Of a stretch of 64,000 bases of DNA, positions 60,364 to 64,000 are shown piece by piece. Positions within the stretch are counted from its first letter, which is position 1; every line of letters starts with the position of its first letter. The stretch is from Phyllosticta citribraziliensis (taxonomy: Eukaryota): contig NW_027117348.1 in the NCBI RefSeq assembly GCF_038025025.1, forward strand, positions 558,001 to 622,000, in the 5' to 3' direction. Position numbers and translations under genes: made by a program. The notes under the pieces are model-generated. The model was not told the DNA's origin, did not search any database, and saw nothing but the letters and a program-made list of their open reading frames with translations.

Positions 60364-61579
60364 GTTGGTGAGCTGACCGGGGCGCCAGGGAAGGAGACGG
60401 AGAAATCTGGGTCGAGGAATCTCACGCCGAGTAGAGTCGCGTGCGCAGATGCCTCGTTGGCAAGGCACAAAAACAAAGAAGATTATTGGGGCGAAGGCGA
60501 GGAGCGTGGGCGAGTGCGGGAGGATCTGGGGGGCAGACCGGGCGGGTAGGGGGAGCAGAGGTGTAAAATATGGAAGACACGGTGCGAAAGCGATCTGGAT
60601 TACGCATGTACTTGGGCAGTGTTGGTGGTCATTCCCACAACCGAAGAAGAGTCGACGGCGCCTGACGTCACCAGAGCCGCCAGGGAAACCTGCCCTGCCC
60701 GGCCTGCCCTGGGAGAGGCGCATCCACCCGGACGGGAGACAATCCGGCCCCGTTAGCCGTCCACAGCACCTCACCTAAGGTTGGTCCCTTTGTCGTCCGC
60801 GTGCCACACTGCCGAGATGATGGATTAGAAAGGGCTGCGGCAGTGCCTGATGCAGTCAGCCCGTCAGCCGTCTCGTTGGCTGGTGGTACCGGTAGCATTT
60901 CTTCATCGTGGAACTGCCGAAGCGCCGGCGGTGATGGGTGGTTGCCTCCGTGGCGGCCACTTCGGGCCAAATTCCACAAGCCACCGATGCGGCGAGACAT
61001 TCCACTGATCTTCTTCTTGTACAAGGGTGGTGCAGGTGGTCGTGGCAGCGATCGAAACTTGGGAACGAAAATTCATACTTGCGCCAAGCGGACGAGGCAA
61101 AGCTCAAAAACTCTTTAGACGAGACAAAAGGAAAGACCGCAACCTGGTGTTCACTCTCGATAGCGCACCTGTCCATCGTGATGTCGCAGTCCTCGGGCTC
61201 AATTCTCGGGCGAGCAGTGCGCCGCAGTCCCGTCCGTCCACAGCTTGACTTGGCAGTGAGTGGTGAGCGCGCCGGAGGTAGGCGGTAAGGACATGATTCC
61301 GCCAGGCCAGGCGCAGCGGCTTGGCTTGACTCTGCTGTCTGTGATGGGTAATGCGGTGGTGCAACGGAAGCGGAGGTAACGGACGGTGGTAAGAGCGCAC
61401 TCGCACTTCAATGTCGGAGGATCGCCAGCCCCAGCGCCCGCTCGCCGGCCGGAGCGGATCAACCTTGATCCAACCGCCAAGCCCACATTCGGGCAGTGGC
61501 CTGGCTGCGACAACGACTTTTGCTTGCGAGCTGCGACCCATATCACGACAACCTCGCGGCCATACTAACCATCAGCAAA

Positions 61580-62222
61580 ATGGTTAAGGAAGTCAAGCAG
61601 AAGTCCGGTATCATCCGCGGCCTCAACGCTGGCCACGTACGTCTCTGCCTGCTCCATCCCCCCCTCGAATCGACCCGCTCTCCCCCGGGCCTTGAATCGT
61701 CGCTAATCAATTTTGTTGCAACCAACAGAAGGTGACCCCGCGTCAGCCTGCCACCAAGATCTCGAGGTCCAAGGGCCACCTCAGCAAGCGCACCGCCTTC
61801 GTCAGGGAGATTGTCAAGGAGGTTTCCGGGTACGTGGATTTCCATTCGGGAATGAAATAAGAGCGACCGACGACGACGACGACGACGACACGCCACGAAC
61901 GACAACCACACAAGAGCTACGGGCTGACCAATTTGTCTACAGTCTTGCTCCCTACGAGCGCCGCGTCATCGAACTTCTCCGCAACAGCAAGGACAAGCGC
62001 GCGAGGAAGCTCGCCAAGAAGAGGGTACGTCTGGACACTCCCACCACCACCACCACTGCCGCCGCCGCCACCGCCGACGCGAGCACGCCGCTCCACACAC
62101 ATTCCCACCCACTCGTTCGAATACTAACTGCGCAATTGTAGCTCGGAACCTTCGGCCGTGCCAAGAGAAAGGTCGACGAGATGACCAAGGTCATCGCCGA
62201 GGCCAGGAGGGCCGGCCACTAA
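61580..62222 (+). CDS. RPL36: 60S ribosomal protein L36 (eL36); introns 61637-61728, 61830-61942, 62025-62141
   Basis: Spliced [106 protein letters not shown]. Confidence 0.96.
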
Positions 62223-63128
62223 GCGGGAGGATGTCACGAAAAGCACAATCCGGACTTTTTCTTCCTCTTTGCTTCAGCAGCGGTTGGCGTGAATGGGGGG
62301 GATCGTCGCTCTGCGCTGGGAAAATCAATCAAGACGGAGAGACAAATCATCATGAGAAAAGACGGGACTGGGCCGGAAACTAAACTTGCTCTTTTTTTCG
62401 GAATGATGGGGTGTTGCTGGTCCGAGAGTCTTGCAGTAGTCTCGATTACACGAATATCCATGAAAAAGCGGCACCTCGCCTCCTGATATCCCCTTCCAAC
62501 TTTGGATGGCTTGCGTTTCTTGGGCTGTGAATTTGGGCGCTACTACTAAACTTCACAGTACGGCTTCACAGTGAGGAAGAATATCGAAGCCTCATCGACA
62601 CAAAACACGACCGCCACAGATGGAATCCTCGTCGAACCGACACTGCTGAGAGCACACGGCTATTCCGTCTCAGCACGACAACACGCCACTCCAAAACACC
62701 CTTTCGACCACCGATTCTGCCTTCGAGAGCACGCCAGAATATCAGCTATCCAGTTCCCAACCTCAGCCCGATACAAAGCGGCAAACGCACTTCTGCAATT
62801 GCCCTGTTCTCTTCCCCGCCACCAGTGACACAGCCTCACATCTCGGCCCATTGCACCCATTGAATGAACTGCATTTTGTGCCCTGTTCCCCTTGCCCTCT
62901 TGCTGGATCCAGGCACTACACCACAAACAGCAACGCTCTCAACGCTCCCAACGCTGGATTGTTCCATGTCATTGCTCATCTCATCTCGTCCTATCCAGAT
63001 CCATCCATCCATCCATGCATACACGCACGCAGCTGCTACTTGGTCTGCCTTCCCCTCGCTCACCACGACAAATGAAATGCATCTATCAGTCGAAACCGCT
63101 CTGCTCTACTCCACACCAGTCACTCAGC

Positions 63129-64000
63129 CTATTTCTTCTTCCCGAACAAGCCCTTGCCCAAAATACCCCTCAGCTTGCTCTCCTTCTCCTCGGCACTCCT
63201 CGGCACCTTCCTACTCTTCTTCTCATCCGCATCCCCGTCCGCAGCACCGGCAGCACCCAGCGCGTGTCCCCCAGCACTGCTAGCAGCCTCGGCGGCCGGA
63301 TCCTTGACCTTCAACTCGGTGGCCCTGCGCGCCCACTTGTCCGCGAGCACCGGCGCGCGCCTGACCGCGACGCTCGCGCCGTCGTCCCAGGTCATGGTCA
63401 TGAGCACGCGGCCCTCGAGGCCCAAGTCGCGGACGAGCGTGACGGCGGCGTCGGGGAGCGTGACGAGGCGCGCGTTCTCCGGGGTGTTGTAGCGCACGAC
63501 GAAGCGCGCGCCCTCGTCGGCGCTGCTGGCCAGCAGGCCGCGCACCCAAGAGTACAGGTCTTTGCCCGTCTCGTCCCGGCCGAAGCGGCTCTCGAGCTGG
63601 TGTCCGTCGGGCAAGCGAACTCGCACCGTGACGCCTGCAATGGCAGCCCGGTGGGCCGCTGCGGCTTCGGCGCGTGCCGCAAGCTCGGCGTCCGATGCGA
63701 GGCGCTGGTTGCGCGTTGCGCTGGCCAGAGCGGCCTGGTGCGATTTGGCGTGCTCGACTGTGGGAATGTAGTCGGACTCGTCAAAGGTGGCTGAGAGGGC
63801 AGCGGTGGGGGTCGATGAGGAAGGAGGAAAGAAGATGGTCATGGGGCGGGTCGCTGGGTCGGTGATTTGCGGGTTCGAGTTCGAGGATTCTTGTTCGGCG
63901 TGGGGCACGTCCGTGGCTGTGGAGGAGGATGTCGCGACATTGTTGGAGCTGGTGGGTTCGGTCGTCGTGGGGGGCGGAACAGTAGTAGCGGGGGTTGAGG
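63129..64000 (-). CDS. UBX-domain Cdc48/p97 cofactor (Ubx4/TUG-ASPL type), 5' part beyond the window edge
   Basis: Frame open to the window end; F.PPSS.TP, DESDYIPTVEHAKSHQ..L, then UBX fold VTVRVRLPDGHQLESRF..ETGKDLYSWVR..L..DLGL. Confidence 0.8.
   Translation of the reverse strand, partial: STPATTVPPPTTTEPTSSNNVATSSSTATDVPHAEQESSNSNPQITDPATRPMTIFFPPSSSTPTAALSATFDESDYIPTVEHAKSHQAALASATRNQRLASDAELAARAEAAAAHRAAIAGVTVRVRLPDGHQLESRFGRDETGKDLYSWVRGLLASSADEGARFVVRYNTPENARLVTLPDAAVTLVRDLGLEGRVLMTMTWDDGASVAVRRAPVLADKWARRATELKVKDPAAEAASSAGGHALGAAGAADGDADEKKSRKVPRSAEEKESKLRGILGKGLFGKKK

Noticed and set aside
57699..62141. Intronic snoRNA in the longer PRE4 or RPL36 introns
   Set aside because: No convincing paired box C (RTGATGA) and box D, nor H/ACA architecture, seen by eye; a covariance-model search could revisit this.

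Overview
Gene-rich chromosomal DNA from a filamentous ascomycete (Pezizomycotina; short GT-AG introns with CTAAC/CTGAC branch points; Dothideomycete affinity is only an impression). No CRISPR array, rRNA or recognisable transposon. Left to right: (1) a tandem trio of divergent paralogues with an N-terminal F-box-like LPRE(L/I)RD motif and a C-terminal CxCxxCFP motif, all sharing two intron positions; (2) housekeeping genes: nitronate monooxygenase, taxilin, presequence protease CYM1, DNA pol delta small subunit, a tail-anchored unknown, DPH6; (3) an Msn2-like/Seb1/MsnA C2H2 stress transcription factor inside about 15 kb of non-coding, microsatellite-rich DNA; (4) a thioredoxin-PITH protein and an intron-containing tRNA-Ala(AGC); (5) a head-to-head pair of a PpoC-type dioxygenase-P450 fusion (heme-thiolate Cys retained) and a DUF2235/Tle1-like alpha/beta hydrolase, the best candidate for an undescribed lipase-plus-oxylipin module; (6) proteasome beta6 and beta7, SAP30BP/HCNGP, SFK1, RPL36 and a truncated UBX protein. 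A 9-mer, GGAGCATTC/GAATGCTCC, recurs at least 17 times, almost always outside coding sequence and concentrated at the ppo-DUF2235 locus. Exon boundaries were read by eye and family calls come from motif recognition, not database searches.
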